Translations under genes and position numbers: made by a program
The notes under the pieces: model-generated
The model's input: the letters and a program-made list of their open reading frames with translations, nothing else
The model's database searches: none
What the model was told of the DNA's origin: nothing
Assembly: GCA_963789105.1 (NCBI GenBank)
Contig: CAWBJI010000007.1
Location: 49,594-113,593 of the forward strand
DNA from: an uncultured Alphaproteobacteria bacterium
Lineage (GTDB): Bacteria; Pseudomonadota; Alphaproteobacteria; Rhodobacterales; Rhodobacteraceae
DNA: 64,000 nt
Direction: 5' to 3'
Part shown: one piece after another, positions 1 through 10,164 of the stretch
How positions within the stretch are numbered: position 1 is the first letter of the stretch
Layout: the number at the start of each line of letters is the position of its first letter

Positions 1-915
1 GGGACGCTGAACGGTCTCGGCGAACGCTGCGGCAACGCCAACCTCGTCTCTCTGATCCCGACGCTGCTGCTGAAGGAGCCGTGGGCCGCGCGGTTCGAGA
101 CCGGGGTGGCTGCGGAGGCGTTGCCCGGCCTTCTGCGCGTATCCCGGCGGCTCGACGAAATCCTGAACCGGGTGCCCCGGCGGGAGGCGGCCTATGTCGG
201 TGCATCTGCCTTCGCACACAAGGCGGGCCTCCATGCCAGCGCGATCCTGAAGGATCCGGCCACTTACGAGCATGTGCCGCCCGAGGCGGTCGGAAATGCG
301 CGCGTGGTGCCGATGTCGAACCAGGCGGGCCTGTCGAACCTGCGCCGGCGTCTGGCCGAAGCGGGATTGCCGGGGGAGGATGATGGCGCCCTCCGCCGTA
401 TTCTCGACCGGGTGAAGGCGCGGGAGGATCAGGGCTATTCCTACGACGGCGCGCAGGCGAGTTTCGAGATACTGGCGCGGGAGGAGCTTGGCCTCTTGCC
501 CGAGTTCTTCGAGGTGAAGCGATACCGGGTGACCGTCGAGCGGCGGAAGAACAAGTACGACCGGATGATCACTCTGTCGGAGGCGGTGGTGGTGGTGAAG
601 GTGGACGGGGTGAAGAAGCTGTCGGTCTCCGAAAGCCTGGACCGAAGCGGGTCGGATCGCGGCCCGGTCAACGCCCTGTCGAAGGCTCTGTTCAAGGATC
701 TCGGGCGCTATCAGGCCGCGATCGACGACATCCGCCTGACCGATTACCGCGTCCGCATCATGCAGGGCGGAACCGAGGCCGTGACCCGCGTCATCATCGA
801 ACACGAGGACGGGGCAGGGCGGCAGTGGTCCACGGTGGGGGTGTCGGCCAACATCGTGGATGCGAGTTTCGAGGCACTGACGGACGCGGTGCGGTGGAAG
901 CTGTGTCAGACCTGA
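1..915 (+). CDS. cimA: citramalate/2-isopropylmalate synthase family protein, C-terminal part (5' end outside window)
   Basis: Frame 1 is open from base 1 (GTLNGLGERCGNANL). Contains SAFAHKAGLHASAILKDPATYEH and a LeuA-type C-terminal regulatory domain. Stop TGA at 913-915. Confidence 0.8.
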   Translation, partial: GTLNGLGERCGNANLVSLIPTLLLKEPWAARFETGVAAEALPGLLRVSRRLDEILNRVPRREAAYVGASAFAHKAGLHASAILKDPATYEHVPPEAVGNARVVPMSNQAGLSNLRRRLAEAGLPGEDDGALRRILDRVKAREDQGYSYDGAQASFEILAREELGLLPEFFEVKRYRVTVERRKNKYDRMITLSEAVVVVKVDGVKKLSVSESLDRSGSDRGPVNALSKALFKDLGRYQAAIDDIRLTDYRVRIMQGGTEAVTRVIIEHEDGAGRQWSTVGVSANIVDASFEALTDAVRWKLCQT

Positions 916-1672
916 ATGGCGACATCGCCGCCTGTGCGGCGCTCGTGGCGCGGGGCGATCCGGAGCGGTTTCGCGCGACGATGGCGGCACCCGTGGCTTT
1001 GCGCGCGGGGCTGTTCCCGCTCTATGCGTTCAATCTGGAAGTGGCGCGGGCGCCCTGGGTCACACAGGAGCCGCTGATTGCGGAGATGCGTCTGCAATGG
1101 TGGCGGGACGCGTTGGCGGAAATCGCGGAGGGCGGGATCGTGCGGCGGCACGAGGTGGTGACGCCGCTGGCTGCCGTCTTGGATGCCGAGAGCGCACGGA
1201 TGCTGGACGGCCTGATCGAGGTGCGCCGGGCGGATATCGAGGCGGCCAGACCGACGCATCGCGCGGCGGTTCTGGCCTATGTGGAGGGGACGGCGGGAAC
1301 GCTTCTGCGGGTGGCGATGCGGATGGCGGGGGGGAGACGGACGTGGCCCCGGCCGGGCGCGCGCAGGGGGTGGCGGCGTATCTGTCGGCGGTGCCCGATC
1401 TGATCGCGCGGGGACGGCGACCGTTGCCGGAGGGGGATCCCGCGGGGGAGATGCGGGCGCTGGCCGAAGCCGGGCTTGCTGCACTAGCCGAGGCGCGCGC
1501 GATCCGGATGCCCCGGGCGGCGCGTGGCCCGCTGACCGTGATGGCGGGGGTGGGTCCGGTGCTGCAGGCTATTCGGCGGGATCCGGACGCTGCATTACGC
1601 GCGGCTCCCTCGCCGGCCGACCTGTCCCTCGCGTGGCGCATGGCCCGGGTGGCGATGACAGGCCGGTTCTAG
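903..1672 (+). pseudogene. squalene/phytoene synthase family protein, reading frame broken once (or sequencing error)
   Basis: GTG 903 overlaps the cimA stop. The N-terminal part (ACAALVARGDPERFRATMAAP...LQWWRDAL) is in frame 0. The C-terminal part (ETDVAPAGRAQGVAAYLSAVPDLIARG...) is in frame 2. The switch falls at the G7 run 1328-1334. Confidence 0.7.
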
Positions 1673-2169
1673 GCCCGTTCGGTCCGCAGGTAGGCGCGCA
1701 TTCCGTAGATCAGGGGCGTTCCCGCCTCGGACGCGCGAACGGCCCGGACGGCGCCCAGGATCACATGATGCGTTCCGATCAGGTCGACCGCCTGGATCGC
1801 GCAATCGAAGCCCGCCAGCCCGCGCAGGACCGGTGCACCGGTCTCCAGCCGGTCTACCTCCAGCCCTTCGAACCGCGCGGCTCCGACCGCATCGCCCCGA
1901 CCGGCGAACAGGTCGGCCACCTCCTGCTGCCCCGCATCCAGCACGTTCACGGCGAAGCATCCGTTGGCAAGGATCACGTCCGCCGCCGACGCGCCCTTGT
2001 TGACGCAGACGAGCATCGTCGGCGCGTCGCCATCCGCGCTCACGCTGGTCATCGCGGAGACCGTCACGCCCGCGCAGCCCGCCGGGCCGTCGGTCGTCAC
2101 GACGCTTACCGTGGCGGCGGCGCGGGACATGGCATGGATGAAGTCGTCGCGAAGAGTCATGGCGTTCAC
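1669..2169 (-). CDS. flavin reductase family protein (HpaC-like NAD(P)H-flavin oxidoreductase)
   Basis: 166 aa with typical flavin-reductase-domain sequence (FIHAMSRAAATVSVVTT...GVTVSAMTSVS...LIYGMRAY). Confidence 0.85.
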   Translation of the reverse strand: MNAMTLRDDFIHAMSRAAATVSVVTTDGPAGCAGVTVSAMTSVSADGDAPTMLVCVNKGASAADVILANGCFAVNVLDAGQQEVADLFAGRGDAVGAARFEGLEVDRLETGAPVLRGLAGFDCAIQAVDLIGTHHVILGAVRAVRASEAGTPLIYGMRAYLRTERA

Positions 2170-2253
2170 CTAGCCGATGGGGAGGCGGTGTCGAGGGACT
2201 TTCCCTTCGGCGCCCCCCGTGATGAGGTCCACGGATATGCAAGGAGGAACGTC

Positions 2254-3222
2254 ATGGCCCTGAAGGATGCCCGCGATCAGGTCGATATGGGGTTCACGCG
2301 GGACGACCCGCGGGGCCTCGCCTTCGAGAACGCGTTCGGGGGGGCTACCAGTGCGTTCCGGCGCCGCTATACCAAGGACCTCGCGGGCTTCGACCTCGCC
2401 ATCACGGGGATCCCGTTCGACCAGGCCGTGACCCATCGGCCCGGCACGCGGTTCGGCCCCCGCGCCATCCGCGAGGCGAGCGCGCTTCAACCCTTCGATC
2501 CGCCCTATTACTGGGACTACTCCCCGCTCGACGAGTTCGCCGTGGCCGATTACGGCGATTGCGGGTTCGACTACGCCAAGGTGGCGGCGTTTCCGGCCGC
2601 CCTTCGCGCCCATATCGAGGGGATCCTGGCGCAGGGGGTCGGGTGCCTCGCCATGGGGGGCGATCACTACGTGACCTTCCCGATCCTTCAGGCCCACGCG
2701 GAACGCCACGGGCCGCTGTCCCTGATCCAGTTCGATGCCCATTCCGACACCTGGCCGGACGACGACATGGAGCGGATCGACCATGGCACGATGTTCTACA
2801 AGGCGGTTAAGACCGGTGTGATCGACCCGGCGACCAGCGTCCAGGTCGGCATCCGGACGGTTAACCCGGACACGCTGGGCGTGACGACGATCGATGCGCG
2901 CACGGTGCACGAGGCCGCCCCGGGAGAGATCGCCCGGCGCATCAGGGAGGTGGTGGGGGATCGCAAATGCTATCTCACGTTCGACATCGACTGCCTCGAT
3001 CCGGCCTTCGCTCCGGGGACCGGGACGCCGGTCTGGGGCGGTCTGTCGAGCGGGCAGGCGGCGGCGATCCTGCGCGATCTGGCGGGGATCGACCTCGTCG
3101 GAGGAGACGTGGTGGAGGTATCGCCGCCTTACGACACGACCGGGGCGACGGCCATTGCGGGGGCGCATGTCCTGATGGAGTTGATCTGCCTGTGGGGCTG
3201 GACCCGGCGGGAGGGACGCTAG
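2254..3222 (+). CDS. speB: agmatinase / ureohydrolase family
   Basis: ATG 2254 preceded by AAGGAGGA. Mn-binding motifs GGDH, DAHSD, DIDCLDP and EVSPPYD. The upstream part of ORF 1279..3222 is a GC shadow. Confidence 0.85.
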   Translation: MALKDARDQVDMGFTRDDPRGLAFENAFGGATSAFRRRYTKDLAGFDLAITGIPFDQAVTHRPGTRFGPRAIREASALQPFDPPYYWDYSPLDEFAVADYGDCGFDYAKVAAFPAALRAHIEGILAQGVGCLAMGGDHYVTFPILQAHAERHGPLSLIQFDAHSDTWPDDDMERIDHGTMFYKAVKTGVIDPATSVQVGIRTVNPDTLGVTTIDARTVHEAAPGEIARRIREVVGDRKCYLTFDIDCLDPAFAPGTGTPVWGGLSSGQAAAILRDLAGIDLVGGDVVEVSPPYDTTGATAIAGAHVLMELICLWGWTRREGR

Positions 3223-3237
3223 GCGAACCCCGCAATG

Positions 3238-3266
3238 AAAAAGGGCCCCCGCTCGCGCGGAGGCCC
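3238..3266 (-). terminator. Rho-independent terminator for the VPLPA-CTERM gene
   Basis: 10-bp stem GGGCCCCCGC/GCGGAGGCCC with one mismatch and loop TCGC. An A5 run on the plus strand gives U5 after the hairpin on the minus strand. Lies between convergent genes. Confidence 0.6.
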
Positions 3267-3286
3267 CGAAGATCGTGAGACCCGGA

Positions 3287-3850
3287 TCAGGCCGTCTTGC
3301 GACGACGCGCAGCGGCGAGACCGCCGAGACCGGCGAGCAGCAGCAGGCCAGCCGCCGGGAGCGGCACGGGGGCGACGCTCACGCTGTCGATGTCGAAGCC
3401 ACCGGTGGTGCGACCGTTCTGAGCGGTCGTGTCGACGATGCGAAGCGTGTCGAACGTTCCGGTAAAGCTGAACATCTTACCCGGGGCCTGAGCGTTCACG
3501 TTGTCGATCGAACCGATCTGCTGGAAGACCCCACCCAAGCCACCGAAGATGTTGGCCGATTCCGGGAACGTGGACACGTTGTTGAACGTCACTTCGACGA
3601 CGTTGCCGGGCGACGTGAACAGCGCGGTCGGATCGAACGTGAAGTCGACGCTGCCGCCGAAGCCGAGCTCGAAGAACTTGCCGTCGGTCGCACCGAGGGT
3701 GTTGTTGAGATTGGCACGATCGTTGTCCGAGCCACGCGTGTTAGCGATCTGCGTGTTGTTGTCTGTCGCACCGGTCGCAAAGACCGTCGCGGCGCTCGCA
3801 GCACCGGCCGTCAGGGCGACGGCGGCAATGGATGCTAGCAGGGTTTTCAT
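3287..3850 (-). CDS. secreted protein with VPLPA-CTERM sorting signal
   Basis: ATG 3850 with RBS GGAAGGAA. Signal peptide MKTLLASIAAVALTAGAASA. C-terminus VPLPAAGLLLLAGLGGLAAARRRKTA (motif, TM helix, basic tail). Confidence 0.8.
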   Translation of the reverse strand: MKTLLASIAAVALTAGAASAATVFATGATDNNTQIANTRGSDNDRANLNNTLGATDGKFFELGFGGSVDFTFDPTALFTSPGNVVEVTFNNVSTFPESANIFGGLGGVFQQIGSIDNVNAQAPGKMFSFTGTFDTLRIVDTTAQNGRTTGGFDIDSVSVAPVPLPAAGLLLLAGLGGLAAARRRKTA

Positions 3851-4207
3851 TCTTGGTTCCTTCCTGAAACTCAGTAAACGTCCAAATGCGCGAACAATGA
3901 AGAATCTGTTAACGCGCTCTGATTTGCCTACCGCATGCACGCGGGATGGCACAACCTAGACTTTTGTTCAATGTGTAGTCCCGCCATCCTTGAGCAATTC
4001 GTTCGATTCCGGCGACAATTTGGGGATACATTGAACGACTTCATCTGTCGAGGGCGGGTTTACCATGGTTGACGGAGGGAATCGACGCTCTTCATGTCCT
4101 CGAACAGGTCGATTCGATGACGGTTCGATTCGCGCATCGCACCCCTGCCCACTGGTCGTGGCCGTTCCGATCGCCTAGATGCAGGTGCAAGCAAGCGGAG
4201 ACGTTCC

Positions 4208-5161
4208 ATGCGCGACCTGAAAATTCCCGCCGAGCGCCATCCGGAGAAGGCCCGTCGCCCGGACAATCCGCAGCCGAAGAAGCCGTCCTGGATTCGGGTC
4301 AAGGCGCCCGTGGGCGAAGGCTACAAGGCCACCGCGAGGATTATCCGCGAGCATCGACTGGTGACGGTCTGCGAGGAGGCGGGCTGCCCCAATGTCGGGG
4401 AATGCTGGTCCCAGGGCCACGCGACGATGATGATCATGGGCGAGGTCTGCACCCGCGCCTGCACCTTCTGCAACATCGCGACCGGCAAGCCACCCGAAGC
4501 GCTGGATGTATTCGAGCCGGGGCGCGTGGCGGATGCCGTGCAGAAACTCGGCCTGAATCACGTCGTCGTCACCAGCGTCGACCGCGACGATGTGGAGGAT
4601 GGCGGGGCGGAGCACTTTGCCCAGACGATCCGCGCCATTCGCAAGCGCGCGCCCAGCACCACCATCGAGATCCTGACGCCGGACTTCATCCGGTGCGGAC
4701 CGGAGGCGCTGGAGGTCGTGGTCGCGGCCCGACCGGACGTGTTCAACCACAACCTTGAAACCGTGCCGGGCCTCTATCCGGAGGTGCGGCCCGGGGCGCG
4801 TTACTTCCACTCCCTACGGCTGCTCCAGCGAGTGAAGGAACTGGACCCGTCGATGTTCACCAAGTCAGGGATCATGGTGGGCCTGGGCGAGAACCGGCAA
4901 TCGGTGCTTCAGGTAATGGACGACATGCGCGCGGCGGACGTCGATTTCCTGACAATCGGGCAGTATTTGCAACCGACGCCGAAGCATCATGCGGTCGACC
5001 GGTTCGTGACACCCGAGGAGTTCGCCGCCTACGAGAAAGCGGCATTCGGCAAGGGGTTCGGGATGGTTTCGGCCACGCCGCTGACGCGGTCGAGCTATCA
5101 CGCGGGTGAGGATTTCGCGCGGCTGCGCGCGGCGCGTCTGGCGAAGCTGGGCCGCGGCTGA
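4208..5161 (+). CDS. lipA: lipoyl synthase
   Basis: 317 aa. [12 protein letters not shown] auxiliary cluster motif and CTRACTFC radical-SAM motif. Confidence 0.95.
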   Translation: MRDLKIPAERHPEKARRPDNPQPKKPSWIRVKAPVGEGYKATARIIREHRLVTVCEEAGCPNVGECWSQGHATMMIMGEVCTRACTFCNIATGKPPEALDVFEPGRVADAVQKLGLNHVVVTSVDRDDVEDGGAEHFAQTIRAIRKRAPSTTIEILTPDFIRCGPEALEVVVAARPDVFNHNLETVPGLYPEVRPGARYFHSLRLLQRVKELDPSMFTKSGIMVGLGENRQSVLQVMDDMRAADVDFLTIGQYLQPTPKHHAVDRFVTPEEFAAYEKAAFGKGFGMVSATPLTRSSYHAGEDFARLRAARLAKLGRG

Positions 5162-5165
5162 CGGT

Positions 5166-6056
5166 TTATTCGGCGGGCGGAACCTGCACGAGATAGGCGG
5201 CGATGGCGGCGCGATCCGCATTCGGCAGGCGCGCGAGATTGCGGATGACGGCGACCATATGCCCCCCTGCGCTGTCGTACTCGGGCGTAAAGCCGCTGGT
5301 CAGATAGGCCGCGATATCCCCTTCGGACCAGTCGAGTTCGGCGGGCGTCACGTTCGGGATGCTGCCCCGGCCCGACGGGTTCGGCGCCCCGGCGAGAAAG
5401 CGATCCCGATCCATACGGCCAAGGCCATCCCGCGGGGTGTGGCATTCGCCGCAATGGCCCAACGCCTCCGACAGGTAGCGGCCGCGCGTCGCCTCCGGGG
5501 TGGCAGGGTCAGGGGTGGCCCAGCCATCCGGCAGCGCAAGCCGCTTCCAGACACCGACGCTTCGCCGGATGGAGAACGGAAAGCCGAGGTCATGGGGCAG
5601 GCTGGCAGCGTCCGAGGCGGGGAGGTCCTGCCAGAAGGCCCAGAGGTCCGCCACGTCCTGCTGTTCCGCAAAGCGGTAGGAGCTATAGGGAAAGGCCGGG
5701 TAGTAATGCGCGCCGTCGGGCGACACGCCCGCCTGCATCGCGTCCCCGAACTGCGCCAGCGTCCAGCCTCCGATGCCGACATCCGGGTTCATAGACACGT
5801 TGGGCGCGTGGAAGGTGCCGAAATCGGAGGGGAAGGACTGTCCACCGGAGAGGACGGGAAGGTCCGCCGCCTCCGCCCCCTCGGCGACATGGCATGACGC
5901 GCAGCCCGCGGCGTGGAACACATCCGCTCCCCGGGTCGCGTCGCCGGTCAGCCCGGCAAATTCATCATAGGGGAGCCCCGTCGCGCGGGTGAGCCAGAGC
6001 CCGCCCGCGACGCCGATGGCCAGCAGAACCGCGAGGAGGGCGAGCCCGCGCGCCAT
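5166..6056 (-). CDS. membrane-anchored di-haem c-type cytochrome
   Basis: N-terminal TM helix and two CxxCH sites (CASCH, CGECH). Confidence 0.85.
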   Translation of the reverse strand: MARGLALLAVLLAIGVAGGLWLTRATGLPYDEFAGLTGDATRGADVFHAAGCASCHVAEGAEAADLPVLSGGQSFPSDFGTFHAPNVSMNPDVGIGGWTLAQFGDAMQAGVSPDGAHYYPAFPYSSYRFAEQQDVADLWAFWQDLPASDAASLPHDLGFPFSIRRSVGVWKRLALPDGWATPDPATPEATRGRYLSEALGHCGECHTPRDGLGRMDRDRFLAGAPNPSGRGSIPNVTPAELDWSEGDIAAYLTSGFTPEYDSAGGHMVAVIRNLARLPNADRAAIAAYLVQVPPAE

Positions 6057-6062
6057 TCCGCC

Positions 6063-6524
6063 TCAGCGCGGCTGGCGGTAATCGTCGTGACAGCCGCCGC
6101 AGCTCTGGCCAAGCGTGCCCATGGCGGCCTGTAGACCTTCGAGCCCGCCACCCGCCGCGTCCTGCATTCCGGCGGCGGCGGCATCGAACGCCTCCCATTT
6201 CGCCTCGAATCCGGCGCGGTCGGTCCAGATCGCGGGCAGGGCGCGGGTCCCCTCGACATCTTCGCTGGAGGTGCCCTCCGGCCAATGCAGGTCGATGGAC
6301 ATCATTCCGGTCGCGACGAGATCCGTGGCGGCAGCTTCGGCCATTGCGGCGTCGTATTCTGTCTCGCCCTTGGCCATGCCGCCGAGAACGCTGGTGGCGA
6401 AAGCTTGGATTTGCATCTGCCCCTGCCGAGCCTTCACGGCGGGCGGCAAGGTCTGGGCGTAGGCGATCGTGGAGACCGTGACGGTGGCAAGGGTGACGAG
6501 GACGGCTATCTTGGGTCTGGTCAT
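6063..6524 (-). CDS. cytochrome c-prime (class II cytochrome c)
   Basis: Signal peptide, about 150 aa, single CGGCH close to the C-terminus (four-helix-bundle class II layout). Confidence 0.8.
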   Translation of the reverse strand: MTRPKIAVLVTLATVTVSTIAYAQTLPPAVKARQGQMQIQAFATSVLGGMAKGETEYDAAMAEAAATDLVATGMMSIDLHWPEGTSSEDVEGTRALPAIWTDRAGFEAKWEAFDAAAAGMQDAAGGGLEGLQAAMGTLGQSCGGCHDDYRQPR

Positions 6525-6578
6525 TGCGCGAGCTCCCTGAATGGCTGGAAAAAAGCCTGCAAGACCGCGACCCTTGCG

Positions 6579-7169
6579 TCAACCGGGATCGCGCCGCGCT
6601 GCGCGCCAGGCCGTCCAATCCTCAGGCGTGTCCAGATCGGTCAGGGCAGAGCGACCAGGCAACGCGACGGAGGCGGCCGGATGGCGCGCGAGGACGGATC
6701 GCCCGCCGCCGTCACCGGTAAGCGCCGCGAGTTCGGGGAAAAGGGCACGGGCGAAGGTTACCGGCTGGCCCGGGATCCCGTCGGTGGTGGTAGCGCGCAG
6801 GATCGCGGCATCGGTTGCGCTCCAGGCATCGGAGACGGTCTGCAGTTCGGACGCCTCTATTTCAGGCATGTCGGCAAGATGGATCGTAAGCGCATCGGCG
6901 CGGCAGGCGGCCACACCTGCACGGATCGAAGCGGACATGGCCCGGTCGGAGACATCGATCAGCCGCGCGGGCGTATCGCCGAGCCAAGCGCGCCGGGAGG
7001 GGTCGTCCGCGGGGAGGGCCACGATCACCTCCGCCGCGACGGCGCAGGCGGCGCGGGTCGCGCGCAGGATCAGCGGCGTGCCGTCCACCTCCTCCAGCAG
7101 CTTGTCGGCGCCACGCATCCGGCTGGACGCACCGGCGGCGAGGATCAGGATGGCGGGGGCGGGACGCAT
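6579..7169 (-). CDS. MobA-like NTP transferase (molybdenum cofactor nucleotidyltransferase family)
   Basis: N-terminal ILILAAGASSRMRGADKLL motif, 196 aa. Confidence 0.75.
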   Translation of the reverse strand: MRPAPAILILAAGASSRMRGADKLLEEVDGTPLILRATRAACAVAAEVIVALPADDPSRRAWLGDTPARLIDVSDRAMSASIRAGVAACRADALTIHLADMPEIEASELQTVSDAWSATDAAILRATTTDGIPGQPVTFARALFPELAALTGDGGGRSVLARHPAASVALPGRSALTDLDTPEDWTAWRAARRDPG

Positions 7170-7335
7170 GGCCCCGCTATACCGCAGGGCGGGGAGGGGG
7201 CCAGCCCCCGCTCGCGAGGCTAGCTCCCCCGGGCTACCTGTTCCGAAAGGTGCCCGATCCTACGAGGGGGCCTGACTGGCGGAGGTAAGGGCCGTCGCGT
7301 GGGCAGCATCCTCCTTGCGGCCGCTGGGTCCGGGG

Positions 7336-9760
7336 CTATCCCCGCTGACGTTCCCCGTTGGCGTCGAAAAGCGGCGCGTGCTGGGGCCGGGCGGGGAGGC
7401 GGTCACCGAGAAGCTCGATCGTCCAGGGCCCGTCCGCATCGGAATCGGCGCGGGGAACATAGCCGAGCGCCATGGACACGCCTGCATGATGGGCGAAGCC
7501 GCCGGAGGTGACCCAGCCGACGCGGCGGTCGCCGAGCCAGATCGGCTCGTCTCCGATCACGTCGGCATCCTGCGCCTCGACCGTGAAGACCCTTAGGCGC
7601 AGGTCGCCGCCATGGTCGCGTTCGGCCAGCGCGGCTGCTTTGCCGATGAAGTCGGCTTCCTTGGCGTAGGCCACGAATCGGTCGAGCCCCGCCTCCACAG
7701 GCCCGTAGAGCGGACGGAACTCCCGCGCCCAGCCGCCGTAATTCTTCTCCAGCCGCATGGCGTTGAGCGCGCGCAGGCCGAAGGGGCGGATGCCCAACGG
7801 TTCGCCCGCGGCCATCAGCAGGTCGAAGACGCTGCGTTGGTATTCCGGCTTCGTCCAGATTTCGTAGCCCAGATCGCCGGTGAAGCTGACCCGGCCGACG
7901 ATGGCGGGGGCGAGGCCGACATCCACGCGGCGGACGCCCATGAAGCGCAGGGCGGCGTTGGACATGTCCTGTCCGGTCACCGCGGCCATCAGGTCGCGCG
8001 ATTTCGGTCCCGCGACCGAGAGGCCGACCAGCGAGAGGCCCAGGATATCGAGCGCGACGGAGCCGTCGTCGGGCATGTGCGCCTCGAACCAGCGGGCGTA
8101 GAACACCTCCGCCGCGCCGGACCCCGCGAGGAAGAACTCGCCCTCGCTCAGGCAGGCAATCGTCAGATCGCCCTGGAGCTTGCCGTTCTTCGTGAGCATC
8201 GGAGCGAGGGCCATGCGACCGGGGGCGGGGATCCGGCAGGCGAAGATGCGGTCGAGGAAGGCGCGGGCGCCGGGGCCGGTGACCATGAACTTGGAGAAGC
8301 CCGACGTCTCCATGATGCCGACCCCCTCCCGGCAGGCGCTGACTTCGGCGGCGACGTAGTCGTGATCGGTCGAGCGGCGCCAGGAGAAGACATCGCGGGT
8401 TCCGTCGGGGGAAAACCAGAGCGGGGTCTCCAGACCCCAACTGTCGCCCATCTGCGCGCCCAGACCCAGAAGGCGGTCGTAGATCGGCGTGGTCTTGTGG
8501 GGGCGGGCGGCGGTCAGCTCCTCGTTGGGGAACTTGATCGAGAAGCGGCGGGCGTAATTCTCCTGCACCTTCGGGTTGGTGTAGCGACAGCGTCGCCCAG
8601 TCGCCGTAGCGCGCGACATCCATCGCCCAGACGTCGAAGCCGGGATCGCCGTCGATGATCCAGTTGGCGAGTGACAGGCCCACGCCGCCGCCCTGGCTGA
8701 ACCCCGCCATGACGCCGCAGGCCGACCACATGCCGGGCAGGCCTCGAATCGGACCCATGAGGGGGTTGCCGTCGGGGGCGAAGGTGAAGGGACCGTTGAT
8801 GATCTGCTTGATGCCGGCGTTCGCAAAAGCGGGAAAATGCTCGAAGCCGACCTCGAGGCTGGGTGCGATGCGGTCGATGTCGGGTTGCAGCAGCTCGTGG
8901 CCGAACTCCCACGGGGTCTCGCGCAGGGACCAGGGCACGCAGGCCTTTTCGTAGGTGCCCATGAGCATCCCGCCGCGTTCCTGCCGAAGGTAGAGCTCGC
9001 CGTCGAAATCGACCGCGTGGATGACCTCCTTGCCGGTCCGCGCGTTGATCTCGGCGACCTCGGGCATGTCCTCGGTCAGCAGGTACATGTGTTCCATGGC
9101 GAGCACGGGCAGTTCGAGGCCGACCATCCGCCCGACCTCCCGGGCCCAGAGGCCGCCGGCGTTGACGACGTGCTCGCAAGCCACGTCGCCCTTGTCGGTG
9201 TGGATGGTCCAGCCGCCGGTGCGGCGGGTGATGGCGGTGACCTTCGTATGCGTCTCGATGGAAGCGCCGAGCCTTTGGGCGGACTTTGCATAGGCATAGG
9301 TGACGCCGGAAGGGTCGAGATGGCCGTCCACCGTCGTTTCGACACCGCCGACGAATTTCGACGGGTCGAGCAGGGGCATCAGCTCGTGGGCGCGCTCGGG
9401 GGTGATGATCTCGGCGTCGATGCCTTGGATCCGGCCCTTCGCGACGGTGCTCTTGAGCCAGTCGAAGCGGTTTGCGGTGGAGGCCAGGAGGACGCCGCCG
9501 GTCATGTGGAAGCCGGTGGCGTGGCCCGACAGCTCCTCGATTTCGCGATAGAGATCGATGGTGTATTTCTGGAGTTTGGCGACGTTCGGATCGCCGTTGA
9601 TCGTGTGGCACCCGCCCGCCGCGTGCCAGGTGGAGCCGGAGGTCAGCTCGGATCGTTCCAGCAGCAGCACGTCGGTCCAGCCGCCCTTGGCGAGGTGGTA
9701 GAGGACCGAACACCCGACGACGCCGCCGCCGATGACCACAACCCGTGTCGTATCGCGCAT
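7336..9760 (-). pseudogene. dimethylglycine/sarcosine dehydrogenase-like FAD oxidoreductase with GcvT-type C-terminal domain, one frameshift (or sequencing error)
   Basis: N-terminal 390 aa (VVIGGGVVGCSVLYHLA...DVARYGDWATL) come from ORF 7403..9760. The remainder (RYTNPKVQENYARRFSIKFPNEEL...) comes from ORF 7336..8826. Removing one base near 8585-8590 restores a single 808-codon frame. Confidence 0.8.
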
Positions 9761-10164
9761 CGTCCGTTCTCCCGCTCGTGCCGGGGATCAGGCTATCGCC
9801 CGTGCTCCGCGTCACGCGCCACCTTGCGACAGGGGCGTGTCGCTTTCCGTCCGGGGGAAGGGGGCATTTGGCGAGGTGTCCGGGCGTCCATCGGGTGCGT
9901 TAACGAATTGTTTACCGCGTCTGTCCTACGCCCGGGGGGCAGCCACGGGTCGAAGGATGCGGCATGGGACGGGACGGACGGTCGGAGATTTCTCTCAGGA
10001 CGGGAATGGATTGGTGCCGCAAGCGCCTCCTGCGGGAGGAGGGCTCCGACGCGCCGGTCGTGATCGACACGCCCGCCCCGCTTCCGACCGGCGCGCCGCA
10101 GACGAAGCGCGGCGGCGGGTTCGGAGAGCGAGCGCAGCTCGGCCTGTCGGACCTCGACGCGCGG

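Noticed and set aside
1279-2253. Long N-terminal extension of ORF 1279..3222 (647 aa)
   Set aside because: It is Arg/Gly/Ala-rich with no coding periodicity, lies antisense to the flavin reductase gene, and overlaps the phytoene-synthase-like gene. The real gene starts at ATG 2254, which has a strong RBS.
9964-10164. Long N-terminal extension of RadC as a separate domain
   Set aside because: The sequence is low-complexity with no recognisable motif. Start-codon choice cannot be resolved from sequence alone, so it is treated as start uncertainty.
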